Shown here one piece after another: positions 52,132 through 64,000 of a stretch of DNA of 64,000 bases. The notes under the pieces were generated by a model. That model saw only the letters and a program-made list of their open reading frames with translations, ran no database searches and had not been told where the DNA came from. The position numbers were made by a program, and so were the translations under genes. The DNA comes from Paraphysomonas bandaiensis. Lineage: Eukaryota > Protista > Chrysophyceae. The DNA is taken from positions 1-64,000 of the forward strand of contig CBFFRP010000178.1 in assembly GCA_965644295.1 (NCBI GenBank), read 5' to 3'. The stretch's first letter is position 1. Every line of letters starts with the position of its first letter.

Positions 52132-54801
52132 TCAGAACGCTTCTTCGCCCATAGAATCATCCGTATGTCCGGCATTTTCGTTTCGTACCACGGTAAAAGC
52201 AAGCGTATTGAGCGTATTATCGGCACTGATGAGCACTCTGCTGTGGTTCGGAATAGTACCGGCAAACATTCCGCGACTGATTTTCGTTACTAGATGTTTC
52301 TCCATATATCGACGAAGCGGTCGGGCGCCATACGCGGGGTCGTACGACTGCTGTAGCACAAAATCAATAGCTGAGTCATCCATAGCAAGCTGGATATCTC
52401 TATCCACAAGTCTCGAGGCGATAAGACGAAGGTTCATATCTATAATATGGCGTAGCTGCTGCAGCCCCAGAGGATTGAACATAATTATGTCATCCAATCT
52501 ATTTAAGAACTCTGGTCGGAAGTTCATCTTAACCTGTTGCATAACGGCTTCTCTTGTTGCATCAGTGATACCACCGTTGGCACCTGAGGTTAGTAGCAAC
52601 TCCGCTCCAATATTGGACGTGAGTATAATAATTGTGTTCGTGAAGTCAACAGTCTTTCCAGTAGAATCAGTAAGCCTACCGTCATCAAGAACTTGCAACA
52701 AAATGTTCATAACATTACGATGAGCCTTTTCAATTTCATCAAACAGAACCACGTTGTATGGGCGCCGACGAACAGCTTCTGTCAATTGACCACCTTCATC
52801 ATGGCCTACATAACCTGGAGGTGCCCCAATTAGTCGTGCCACACTGTGCTCTTCCATATACTCTGACATGTCTATGCGAACGACATGCTTATCGTCATCG
52901 AAAAGCTCTCCGGCTAAAGCTTTAGCAAGTTCAGTTTTGCCAACTCCAGTTGGTCCAAGGAATAAAAATGAACCCAATGGCTGAGTAGGTCTAGACATGC
53001 CTGATCTCGAACGTAGAACAGCATCTGAGATTGCGTCAATCGCATCTTCTTGTCCCACCACACGGGCTCGAAGTGTCTCGGGTAGATTGAGGAGGCGCTG
53101 GTTCTCTGCTTGTGAAAGTTTACTTGTAGGTATTCCCGTCCAACGAGAAACTACATCAGATATCTGCTCTGGTCCGACTACATCTATTACCAACTTTCCA
53201 GCTCCCGTTCCGTCTAATTCCATCTCCATTTCACGTTTTTGCTGCTCATCCAAGGCCCGTTTTGCTTTCTTAATTGCTTCTTCCACGCTAGGAATAGCAT
53301 AGTACTTGAGATCAGCCGCAATATCCATATTTCTTTTACGTTCTGCATCTTGAAGTTTAAATTTCAGTCCGTCCAACTTTTGTTGCAGTTCGTTCAACTC
53401 TCTGACCTTTTCTCTTTCCATGTCCATGCGGGCTAGTAGTGGACGCAGTTCCTCATGAACTTTTGAAAGTTCAGCTTGAACCTCTGATAAGCGCTGAACA
53501 GAACCCTTGTCCTTTTCCTTGCGTAATGCACGTTCTTCCACTTCAAGTTGAAGGCGTTTACGCTCAAGTTTATCGATTACATCAGGTTGAGAATCGAGCT
53601 GTACACGAACGCTTGCACATGCCTCGTCTATACAGTCAATAGCTTTATCTGGTAGCTGCCTGTTAGTGATGTATCGATGCGACAGCTTTACTGCGGACAC
53701 TAAAGCGGAGTCACGGATGCGCACTCCATGGTGGACTTCATATTTATCTTTCAGACCACGCAGAATAGAGATCGTGTCTTCGACACTGGGCTCACCGACA
53801 TACACCTGTTGGAAGCGCCTCTCAAATGCAGCATCCTTTTCAATATATTTACGATATTCCTCCAAGGTAGTCGCACCAATGCACTTTAGCACCCCTCTAG
53901 CTAACATAGGTTTAAGTAAATTGGCTGCATCCATTGCCCCAGATGTCTTTCCAGCTCCCAGCACAAGATGGAGCTCGTCAATGAAGAGGATAATATTTCC
54001 CTCTGCATTTTCAATGTCCTGCAGCACAGCCTTCAGGCGCTCTTCGAATTCGCCCTGATATTTTGCACCGGCGATTAGGGCCCCCATATCAAGTGAAAAT
54101 AGGCGACACTGAAGCGACTCTGGGACATCTCCTTTCAAGATACGCTGTGCAAGACCCTCCACTATAGCTGTCTTACCGACTCCAGGTTCACCAATGAGGC
54201 AAGGATTGTTCTTTCTACGCCTGGCCAATACACCAATCACACGTCGTATTTCATCGTCCCGACCAATGACAGGATCAAGTGATCCTTTTTCCGCAGCAGC
54301 TGTAAGATCTTGAGCATATTTCGATAGTGCATCATATGTATTCTCTGCTGTACGAGAGGTCACTTTACGATTACCACGTACACTCTTGATAGCATCTTCT
54401 AATGCACTACGACTCACTCCAAAAGCACTTTGTATATCCCTTATAACACATAAACCAAGTAATAAATGATCAACTGCAATATGTGAATCATTATTCTTTT
54501 TTTGTATTTCTTCACTAGATATGATGACTTTAGTAAAATCAGATGATGGTGGAACTGATTGTGGAGGTGGGGATTGTGATGGTGCCTTCTGTATGATCTT
54601 TTGAATTGTTTCAATGACTAATAATGGATCTCCACCTGCTCTTTTCAGACAATTGTATGCAAGTTTATGATCATCTTGTAGTAATGCTAATGCTAAATGA
54701 GCTGGAAGTAATTGAGTATTACCATGTGATTTTGCAAGATCAATTGATGAATTAATAATCTCAGTTGATCTTTCAGTAAAATTTTCTGAATTCATACTCA
54801 T
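52132..54801 (-). CDS. clpB: Cytosolic ClpB/Hsp101 disaggregase, intronless
   Basis: Clp N-domain, [14 protein letters not shown], coiled-coil middle domain, [21 protein letters not shown] and GARPL. Confidence 0.98.
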   Translation of the reverse strand: MSMNSENFTERSTEIINSSIDLAKSHGNTQLLPAHLALALLQDDHKLAYNCLKRAGGDPLLVIETIQKIIQKAPSQSPPPQSVPPSSDFTKVIISSEEIQKKNNDSHIAVDHLLLGLCVIRDIQSAFGVSRSALEDAIKSVRGNRKVTSRTAENTYDALSKYAQDLTAAAEKGSLDPVIGRDDEIRRVIGVLARRRKNNPCLIGEPGVGKTAIVEGLAQRILKGDVPESLQCRLFSLDMGALIAGAKYQGEFEERLKAVLQDIENAEGNIILFIDELHLVLGAGKTSGAMDAANLLKPMLARGVLKCIGATTLEEYRKYIEKDAAFERRFQQVYVGEPSVEDTISILRGLKDKYEVHHGVRIRDSALVSAVKLSHRYITNRQLPDKAIDCIDEACASVRVQLDSQPDVIDKLERKRLQLEVEERALRKEKDKGSVQRLSEVQAELSKVHEELRPLLARMDMEREKVRELNELQQKLDGLKFKLQDAERKRNMDIAADLKYYAIPSVEEAIKKAKRALDEQQKREMEMELDGTGAGKLVIDVVGPEQISDVVSRWTGIPTSKLSQAENQRLLNLPETLRARVVGQEDAIDAISDAVLRSRSGMSRPTQPLGSFLFLGPTGVGKTELAKALAGELFDDDKHVVRIDMSEYMEEHSVARLIGAPPGYVGHDEGGQLTEAVRRRPYNVVLFDEIEKAHRNVMNILLQVLDDGRLTDSTGKTVDFTNTIIILTSNIGAELLLTSGANGGITDATREAVMQQVKMNFRPEFLNRLDDIIMFNPLGLQQLRHIIDMNLRLIASRLVDRDIQLAMDDSAIDFVLQQSYDPAYGARPLRRYMEKHLVTKISRGMFAGTIPNHSRVLISADNTLNTLAFTVVRNENAGHTDDSMGEEAF

Positions 54802-54994
54802 CTTTAATGAATATATAGATAAATGTTTAATATGGTTAATAGATTGTGATATTATGAGATTTGATTGTAAGTTTATGACAAGAGTGTAGGATAGAATGTT
54901 CTTTAATATTCACTTACTCATTTATTAACTTCAAATTGAACTTCGTTGGATTGGATTGGACTTTGTATATGTATGAAGTTAGACAGGTGTTTGG

Positions 54995-55009
54995 GTTCGA
55001 GAAAATTCG
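54995..55009. promoter_or_regulatory. Heat-shock element upstream of ClpB
   Basis: gTTCgaGAAaaTTCg is three alternating nGAAn units about 195 bp upstream of the ATG. Two-unit sites AGAATGTTCT (54893) and AGAATATTCT (55033) are nearby. Confidence 0.75.
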
Positions 55010-55643
55010 ATGACTAGAAATTGATGTTGTATAGAATATTCTCATATTATTCCTACACAGCAACTTACGGGTAAGGAACGGATAGAGTACGATCCGGTAA
55101 ATATTTGAACGGGTTGTTCGAAAGGTTTTAATACAGTGGTAGTTCTTTTACTACAGTTGTCTCAAATTCGGGGGTAGATATGTACTCTCCTACTTCATGT
55201 ATGACGACCAGTAGAAAAGTACATATATAAGGTACTGAAGTACAAGGATAGATATACATCCAAGTACGTACGTAGTATGTGCTCTATATACATCTGGACA
55301 TACACCTACAGGTACAGCTGTATATATCTCCATATATACAGATATATACAGATATACTGGTGGTGATCGATTTTATTCATTAAAAAGTCACTTTTTTTCA
55401 CTTTTCACTGAGAAAACGATGAAATTAATGATGCACACAACTCAATAAAAGTACCATCCCCAGTACATGTATATATGTCATATATGGAGATTTGCGTATA
55501 TATACACACTACGAACCACCCCCTGCTGTATATACAGATAGATACGACAGAGTAAACTAGAGAAATCAAAGTAACTCTACATACATACACACTCAAATCA
55601 TACAATCTTAATAATAGAACACTCTATATAATCCATACTCAAG

Positions 55644-55766
55644 ATGTCATTATTACAAGATGATAATGATACGATACAATTTTTTAATGAATTAGAAACT
55701 AGTTTAGAAAAAACGATTGAACCACATTATTTTGATATTCCACGTAGATTTAGGTACATACATACA

Positions 55767-55797
<31 letters not shown>

Positions 55798-58700
55798 TCA
55801 TAATAATATTTATATAGATATTTAATTGAAGTTATTGAAGTTATGGGAAAAAAGATTGAACAAAAATCATGTGGTGGTGAAGATCCATTACTCTCATTAC
55901 ATGTATGGATGAGTATATATATATATAACTATCATATACTTCTAACGATATGTATGTATATGTATATATAGAGTCAGAATCCAGCATATAATGAATTGTT
56001 ACAAAAGAGAACATTTATTAATGAAGTAATTGAAGAAATTGTTACTTTTCAACATGGTAAGTACAGTATGTATGTGAAGTTTCACATTGAGTGGTGTATG
56101 TGTTTTAGGATCACTCAACAATAGCGTGGAAACAATGGGTGACGTAATCAGCGCTTATTGCAAGTAATTACTAGTTCATTTACGGATACCGCTTATACAC
56201 TGACAATATAATTTGCTTTATGTGTGTTCAGATCTAAGGACGAAGTGTCAACTATGCGTGAATCCATACGCGAAATAAAGTCAGTTTTAACATCAAAAAA
56301 AACCGGTCAAACTGATATTAAGAAGTTATGGCTTGCGAAAACGGAGCTCGAAGAATCTATACGAATGCTGAACAAAATTGAAGTACTCAAAGATGCTCCA
56401 TCCAGGGTACAGCTCCTGACCAACCAGAACCGATACCTTGCAGCTGTTACTACGTTGAATACTTCAGTTGATAACATGTTTGATGCGGTGAGTGTGGATG
56501 ACTGACAATCAGCTTAAGTATACTTGCTGTTATTATACTGACACGTCATAAAGCATCGTGTGACAATAATACCATTTATTGATGTGTTGCGTTGATAGGA
56601 TTTCATGGATATTGATGCCTTAGCACCAGTGAGAGAGCAGTTGTTAGAATTAAAAGGCAGACTGTTGGAAAGAATGGCAGATGAACTCAAGGACGCAATT
56701 GTAGGTGCGTATTGAATTTCGAAGTCATAGGTAGATTCAAACATCAGCATCTGTGCTCGTACTACTGTGTGATATAGGATGATTTTATGTTCTCTATCTG
56801 CGGTTATCAATCTGCATATTCTAGGTGTCAATGCAAAGCACATGGCTGGTTTTTCGTCTAGAAAACCTTCGTCTGCATCCAGAAGCGGCATTGACGATGA
56901 CGCTACTGAATCTATTCTGGAGAGTGAAGCTGGGATATCAGACCACAGGTTTGGATTTAGTTCTTATATTGAAGTACTGTATGCATGGGTTACTACGGTA
57001 TTGTAAATATATACACCATATTCGGAGTTTCAGTGTGCCCATGTACATGACTTTGGTTTATAGCGTACTTGCTATAGTGACCTATTCTACTCTTGATTAT
57101 GCCTTTTGTACACTGGGTGCCATCAGTTTAACGTTATACGCGGTAGTTTTGACACGAAAACAACCGTGTGTAACACTTGTCAATTTTTGTTAGGTCAGAG
57201 GCTGGTAGAAGCCTGTACAACGGATCTCAACCTGATATTTCGGAGCAACGACCACCGAGAGGTTCGAGCAGAGCCCCTATGAGCGCACTTAGATCAAACG
57301 TACACTTCACTAAAGCTCCGATAACAAGCAGTAATGTTTGGTCAACAGATCTCAGTGAGGTTAGATTACCGCACTAATATGATAGTAAATTAATGAGCTA
57401 TTGTATGCTACTAAATATACACATGTATCTATCACTGTATGGTGACTACATATATCGCAGGCTACAGAAGCTGCGGAGGCGTCTTTATTAGATCCAAAGG
57501 CTGCAGGGTCCCTTTATATACGCCTTCTTGTCAAAGGAATAGGTAGTCTACACTGCGAAGATGATGCAGAAAGAATGCTTTTCGAGGTACTTTCACCTAA
57601 TACACTGTGTTCGTACGAATACATTTTTATATTTTTTATAGACATGCACTTATTTATACTGATTGTACAGTGAAATGCAGGGTTGTTTATTCCACAAATT
57701 TAGATGTTTCAATAGTTGTTGATTTATATTTTTTGCAGGGTGCCGCAGAGCAGTTTCGAGTTACCATTAGACGTATTAAAGTAATGAGAAAGAAGGCTGC
57801 TGAGGTTGTTGACACCACTTCACCGCCAATCAGCGGCGAGAGCGCCGCCAAATACGATGACGAAGCTCTGACATACAGAAAAAACGTAAGGCGCATAACT
57901 TCTATCTCTTATATGCACGAGCTTTTAGATTGGACACTGTCAATGCATTATGTTGTGCTACCCCTAATATGGTTGAAAGCTAATGCAATCTCCTAAACTT
58001 GATATAATGCATGTATAGATCGCAGAGTTTACAGCGTTCGTGAAAGATATGCTTGACGCTGCTTTTACGATGCTAAAGATGGCCCTATATATCATCAGGC
58101 TTCTCAACCAAAGCAAAAAGTATGGTGTATGAATTAGAATGTCATATGCAATTTTTTTCTCTCTCTGACTTGTATTCAGTTTGATATTCATGTCGAATTT
58201 ACCGCACTATGTCTAGTGTTAATGTGTTGTGCTGCAGATCAACGAGAGGCATTTCGATTATTGAAGATAAGAAGGGCCTAAAAGATAATATAAAAAAGTC
58301 TGTGTTGAATTTGTGGAGTGATGCGCAGGATACTATTGTAGGCGAGCTGTCGAGGCACTTCGTCGAACAGGTGAGCGTTATGTCATGCAACATTAGTTAC
58401 CAAGTATTTGCATAATGGGAAGAAAATGTGGAGCATGTTATTTGTTAGCATTTCTTACCTACATCCAGGCCGTAAAAGATATGTGTGATGATGACCAGAG
58501 CGGTTCGGATTCCAATCATGACAGAGAAGATTTAGACAATCGCATGTTAACGTAAGCCGAATACTGTGGAATATAGTGCATGAAGTGCCCTTTATTAGGA
58601 CAGATAGCGTGATTACAGTATTTATTTTCTTATACGTACCCCTGATAGTGAAGATTTTTCTTTAATACAGTGCATCTCCGCTTCCCATAAATGCTGATGA

Positions 58701-61700
58701 CGATGGGGCAAGAACTATGGACGATATGATGACTGTAAGGACCTCAATACTTTGTGCGTTAATAGGCGACTTTCGTATGTCTGTGATGTATACATATTCC
58801 CTTACAGTGTGTGTTCTACCTATATATATTTTAGGTGTATATTTCTGGTATTCGCACATAATATATATATAACAACTTAAATAGGTTTGCCCGTCATCAG
58901 CGAGGTTGGCGGCACCAGTTTATAAGGCTATATCTTCTTTCAGTGAGAGAGCTCACAATGTGCTCAAGGATGAGGTCGACAGTAACATCAGCACTAGCTA
59001 TAGCAGTCGAGTACATGTGGCTGTACAGAGGTATGTATTTAGATTTATATGATTGGATAAGTGACACTTGTATTGATATGATCGGTACGAGTCATTGATG
59101 ACATTTACTTAGCTATATACTTGTTGATATATGTGAACATTTGCAACATATATATATTCTGCTCTTATAATTGGAAATATTAAAGAACTCTGGAGGACGA
59201 GTTGATGCCATTAGTTCAAAGTGAAGTAAATGCAGAAATGAGAGACCTTCAAATGGACAGTCAATTGTTTGTGGCACCTACGGAAAGTAGTAGGAACAAT
59301 ACAGTCGATGCAGAAACCGGAGAAGTAAGATTAGCGTATACTTACTCACGCGTCATGAGCAAATCAATGAACCTTTATAGGGTCTTTGGAAAGTTGTACT
59401 GTTTCTGCATTGTGATATGTGCTCTTCTACTCTTTTTACCGTAGCATTGATGTGTACACACAGCGTGGTGCATAGTATTCTAGGAAGTTGTGCGTATGTG
59501 CATTTTTTGTGTATACATCAATTTTGTGTGCTGTTGTCGTTTAAAATACAATCGTGTTGCATTATCAGGTTGGTGTTTGTGAGGCTGCCAGACGTTGTGC
59601 TGCTATTATCCAGCCATTGTTCTTCCATTGGTTGGAGTTACCCCAACATAAAGACCAAGTTTCGACTATAATTGACAGAGCGATTCGGGGATTCGCCTCA
59701 ACTGCTAGGTACAGAAACACATATATCATTCGTGGTGACCATTCATACGATTGATGGATATGATAACTCACCTTGCTTTATAAGTACTACTCTGGATTCC
59801 GTAATTAGAATATCTCTTCGGCGGTTATAATAGACGTATATACTATATAGGGAAGAAGTGGAGAGTCTTTCATGGAAACTCGTATCCAGTAAACCCGATC
59901 ATATGAAACATGTTTTGGAGTCTATTCAACACGACCCAATACTGCATATACACAGGTACACACTATCCCTAGTTGCTCTGGAAATTTTGATGAGTACGTG
60001 AAAGGATGAAAGTTTATGATGGAATGACCACCGTGGAAGAGATGTTTGATCACCTTTCCAGTGTCCATTCCTCTTCTTCACCCCTCGCTTCTAGGGATTC
60101 GCTTTGTAAGTGACAATTATGGGTAGATGTTTGTATCTATATATAATTGTATCGTATATCTGTATATATTGCATAGCCTGGTATGTTTTGGGTTTTGTTG
60201 TGCACATATCTTTGTCCCATGGTAATGTATCTCTGTTTTTTATTTTGCGTCACGATGACGTTGAGTTACATTTTTTGCAACTCTGTTGTAATATATACAT
60301 GCCTGCCTGTCTCGACCAGATACTCCGATGAGGTGTGTAATCAATCTTCGTCTTTACTGTGGCGATTAATATGCTCTCTACTATTTAGAAAACAAAACAG
60401 TGCCGACAGTGTTGTCTCGACTGAGAGTACCATGGTGACAACGGGTGAGTATATTCGTTATTGAGGTCCTCATTGCATGGTATCTTAATACTGCTTTAGA
60501 ATTGGATACATGGGGACATATGTGGGATGTTAGGAACACATCTGTATTCAAAGATAGTAACGAGAAGGTTGTTACACTTTGCTAGTAGTATGCCTGAGTT
60601 ATGTCTGTACATCTTAACATACCATTAACTCTCTTAACTTATGTCTATCAAGATGGCAATGGACTTCACGAAATTGAGCACCATAGCCGCTATTGCGAAT
60701 GGATGCGATTGGTTGGTCAAACTGCTCAGTAGGTATGTTAGTACCGCATTGTGTTACTTGTTATGTCCATTCCGATCTGTGTTTTTCAGGGTAGTAGCTG
60801 TGAACTTGTATTACTTTTAGTGCGATATTTAGCATTTTGTGCTGACTAGACTGTAGATTTTGTGCGTCTACTGTGAAGAAAGCGCAGCATAAAGACAGCA
60901 CTCATCACACAAGTAGAAGAACCATTGCACATCAGAGCTCCATAGGTGTGATAATATTCTTGCCAATATGTGTTTTTTTGGTTTGTACGATACACTGTGA
61001 TATGTATGTGACAACCATTGTATTTGCATTAGAAATCAGTATAGCAGATACTAGACAGCGCGATATGGATAATGTAGCCGCATGTATATGACATTCAGTG
61101 CTTGTACTGATTTCGTACGCATTTAGTTTCAAATACATCAGAAGAAGTTGTGCAGCTTCTTGCGGTAATTCAGGTCACCAATATCGTTTATGATGAGTTG
61201 GACATCTTACATATTTGTACGACGTATGAAGGGTGGTGCCAAGAGCTTGTCGAAATTAGCGGAAGAGTGCATGGCCATCCTTCGAGGCGAGATGCAGGTA
61301 CAGTAACAGTATCAGTGAAAGTGACTTCAAAGTGCCACACGTGGTGCATGTATGAGTTATCGTATTTTTGATATGTCGCACAGGTTGTTGCTTTTTTTTT
61401 CTTGCGCCAGTTGGTGTCTTTCCAATTAGGAGGAACTGCTACAAGTAAAGACGTATGTAGTGATATTCATGTTACCATAGGTACTTTAATTTTTACATTT
61501 AGGGAAAGTTTCAACACTCTCATGGCCATTCCTCTGGTTCCAAACATCATGGTCATCATGTAACTGTAAGTGTGTAGTCAGCGCTGGAATGTTTTCTATT
61601 CGAAGAAGTATTTATACTATGCATCGCGTATATACTTCGTGTAGTTTGTACCAATATGTTGTATCGCTAACCGGTTTCGTAGGATAGCGACAATAATATC

Positions 61701-62655
61701 GTTACGGCGTTCAACCACCACTTGATGTCCATACAGGATGCAATTCTGTCTTCTTCGGGGCCTGGGGTTTTAGCTGTGGCGTTATCTCCGTTATGCCGAT
61801 TGATTCCAAGGTAGGTAGTTGACATAGTGATGCTGTATTGTAATTTGGATGTGGTTGTTTAGGTTCTTTACGAAGAGCCTGGTGTCTATATCTCCATCAG
61901 ATAAGTGTGCTCTGCAGAACATAGGACGGTTTATGAAATCAGGTTTGTAAGAAATCTGGTACTATTGATGAACTGTAGAGTGATGTACGTATATATAGTG
62001 GTCGCTACCCAGCAGAATCTGTCGATGCTCTTCCAATCGTCTAACCTTGAACTATCTACGGATAGAAGGTAAACAAAGTGTTCCAGGACGTGATATCCGG
62101 CCTTTATATAGCACTACCTAAATATTCAACAAATTATATGCACTATCAGAAGTGCTAATACACTAATATTTTCGTGTACAGATTACAAGACATTACGACA
62201 GATGAGTTTGATAGATTAAGGCGATATGCAGCCCTATTGCAGATGCGACCTGTGCCAGAATTTCAGGTACGTTTTTCCGCGTTGTGTGTTGTAGGTATTG
62301 GCATGCGGTTGTTTATGATATCATTGTGTAGGAGTATATACGCACTCATAAAGATGAATTCACAATGGAAGAGTTTGCCTTCGTGTGGGAGTTCCTTAGA
62401 CAGAGGTGAGAAACAATGTTTGCTCCCTGTAGTATGTAGTATATGGTATGTTGAGCAAGATAGTCTAGTAGTATATTGTGTAGGTGTAGGATGGATATTC
62501 CTAACTGACTTTCTCTCAGGAACGAATCTATGCGGCTCGAAACCTTCGCAGAGTTGTGGAAACAGTGTGCGTACTCCAGCCCCCATTCTCAGCCAGCCCC
62601 GAGCAGTTCGTCTCCGAAGAAAACAAGGCGTCAGTCTATCAATTCTAACTTATAG
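55644..62655 (+). CDS. SEC8: Exocyst complex component Sec8/EXOC4-like, many exons
   Basis: N-terminal IEEIVTFQHGSLNNSV...IKKLWLAKTELEESIRMLNKIEVLKDAPSRV...RYLAAV...IDALAPVREQL fits the Sec8 N-domain. The remainder is long and helical, and exon limits are approximate. Confidence 0.78.
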
Positions 62656-63098
62656 CTATGCGTAGACTAGTAATCCCCTTGACTACTGCTATTCCTGATT
62701 TCATATGACAGTATTGTAGGCTAACATTGACTCTCACAGGTTTATAATACATCTTTACTTTAAGTTTACTCAGTATTAGTTCTAACAGCAGCATACGTAT
62801 TGCACTGTGATATACCTTGCCTGTAGAACCGTTACCTATGAATCTTAACGACTACTTCAATGTGCAGTGTACTTCTTAACAATCTACTACACATCATACA
62901 GATACACGTAACGAACTTCATGACTCTAGATGGTATTAAAATATCAAATACATTATTAGATTCAGTACATTTGACATATACAAAACGAAAGTGACTACTT
63001 AAAATTACTTACTCGCCATCTCGTGTTAACATCTGATTGTAGTCACTAGAACTAATGACTCAAAAATATAGTACTATAATACGTCGTAATCGATCTAA

Positions 63099-64000
63099 TT
63101 AAAACCATGTGCTTTGGGTCTGTGAGGTTTTCAATGTATTACGACGAGGCGGCGCATGACCTTTCTGCATCATGGCGATGCGAGTCAATGAGTGCGATAT
63201 CGCTTCAAATGATGGTCGCTGTGTATGATCCTCATGCCAGCACGATTCAATTAAATTTGCAAAATCTTTATTCCAACTTCTGTCAATCTTGGGACGTAAG
63301 CCTTTTTGAACCACACGTGACATGAACTCTTCCCTGCTCAATCCCTTGTAGGGAGCTTTATCTCGCGCCATTTGCCATAACAGAATACCGAAGGAATACA
63401 CATCTATTTTTTCGTTGTATGGCTGTTTCAAAGCAACTTCAGGTGCCATGTATCTACAATTAAAGAAACATTAAGAGTATAGATGTGATCTAAATCAACA
63501 ATACAGGTCGATATCAGCATGATTTTATTTCCACACAAGACGTTAAACAAGATATGCACCACATATGATAGAAAGTGCAGTGCTTTATTCAATGACTGTG
63601 CACTTGTCACACTATACGTACCGCAGACTTCCTGTATTGCCAGTCATTTCATAGCATTCATCGATACTCTCTCGTTTCTTCACACACGTACATAGTCCAA
63701 AATCTAATATCTTTATGGTTCCGTCACTTGTAAACCCCACATTATCTGGCTTAATATCGCGATGAATTACAGTTGCATCTTTGTGCACACTGTTGTGCAA
63801 ATAATGAAATGCATCGGCCATATCTCGCCCCATACTTAATAAGGCAGAAAAGGTGAAAGTGTTCTTCTTAAAGAGCTTGTGGGCGATTCCTCCTTTCTTC
63901 TTTTCATTGATATGTAATACTTCACTCAAAGAACCTCCGTCCAAATACTCCAACACTATGAACCTTCTAGGCTGACGCCCTGCTCCTAGTAACCGGACTA
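63099..64000 (-). CDS. TKL-type protein kinase, 3' part (runs off window)
   Basis: HRDIKPDNVGF, DFG, TGSLRY|MAPEVAL, DVYSFG and RPSF. One intron at ~63455-63620. Confidence 0.93.

Noticed and set aside
52051-54058. Plus-strand ORFs of 100-211 aa over ClpB
   Set aside because: Antisense shadows of a conserved coding strand with no motifs of their own.

Overview
Eukaryotic nuclear DNA: AT-rich, standard code, many short GT-AG introns. The gene content and style suggest a stramenopile (possibly chrysophyte-like) protist, which is inference only. Ordinary genes in order: ankyrin-repeat TRP-like channel, PX-domain protein, a protein with four winged-helix-like repeats plus a SAM-like domain, SpoU/TrmH methyltransferase, COPI-associated protein, ABCC transporter, Mpo1/DUF962 protein, SGNH-like secreted protein, POLD2, ClpB/Hsp101, Sec8-like exocyst subunit and a partial TKL kinase. 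Transposon debris includes two Ty1/copia remnants, a PIF/Harbinger fragment ending in a fold-back, hAT remnants, and a 3.2-kb Sola-type element with a 188-bp MITE derivative, both with 4-bp target-site duplications. The most unusual region is an accessory island at about 30.8-48.1 kb. It holds an intronless trypsin-like protease with an unrecognised C-terminal domain between direct repeats. It also holds a head-to-head pair of intronless, probably myristoylated kinases that share an unrecognised Trp/Tyr-rich N-terminal domain and sit between two copies of one gene. A ~135-bp repeat lies just upstream of four start codons in this island. Exon structures were read by eye, so multi-exon coordinates are approximate outer bounds. 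No database searches were run.
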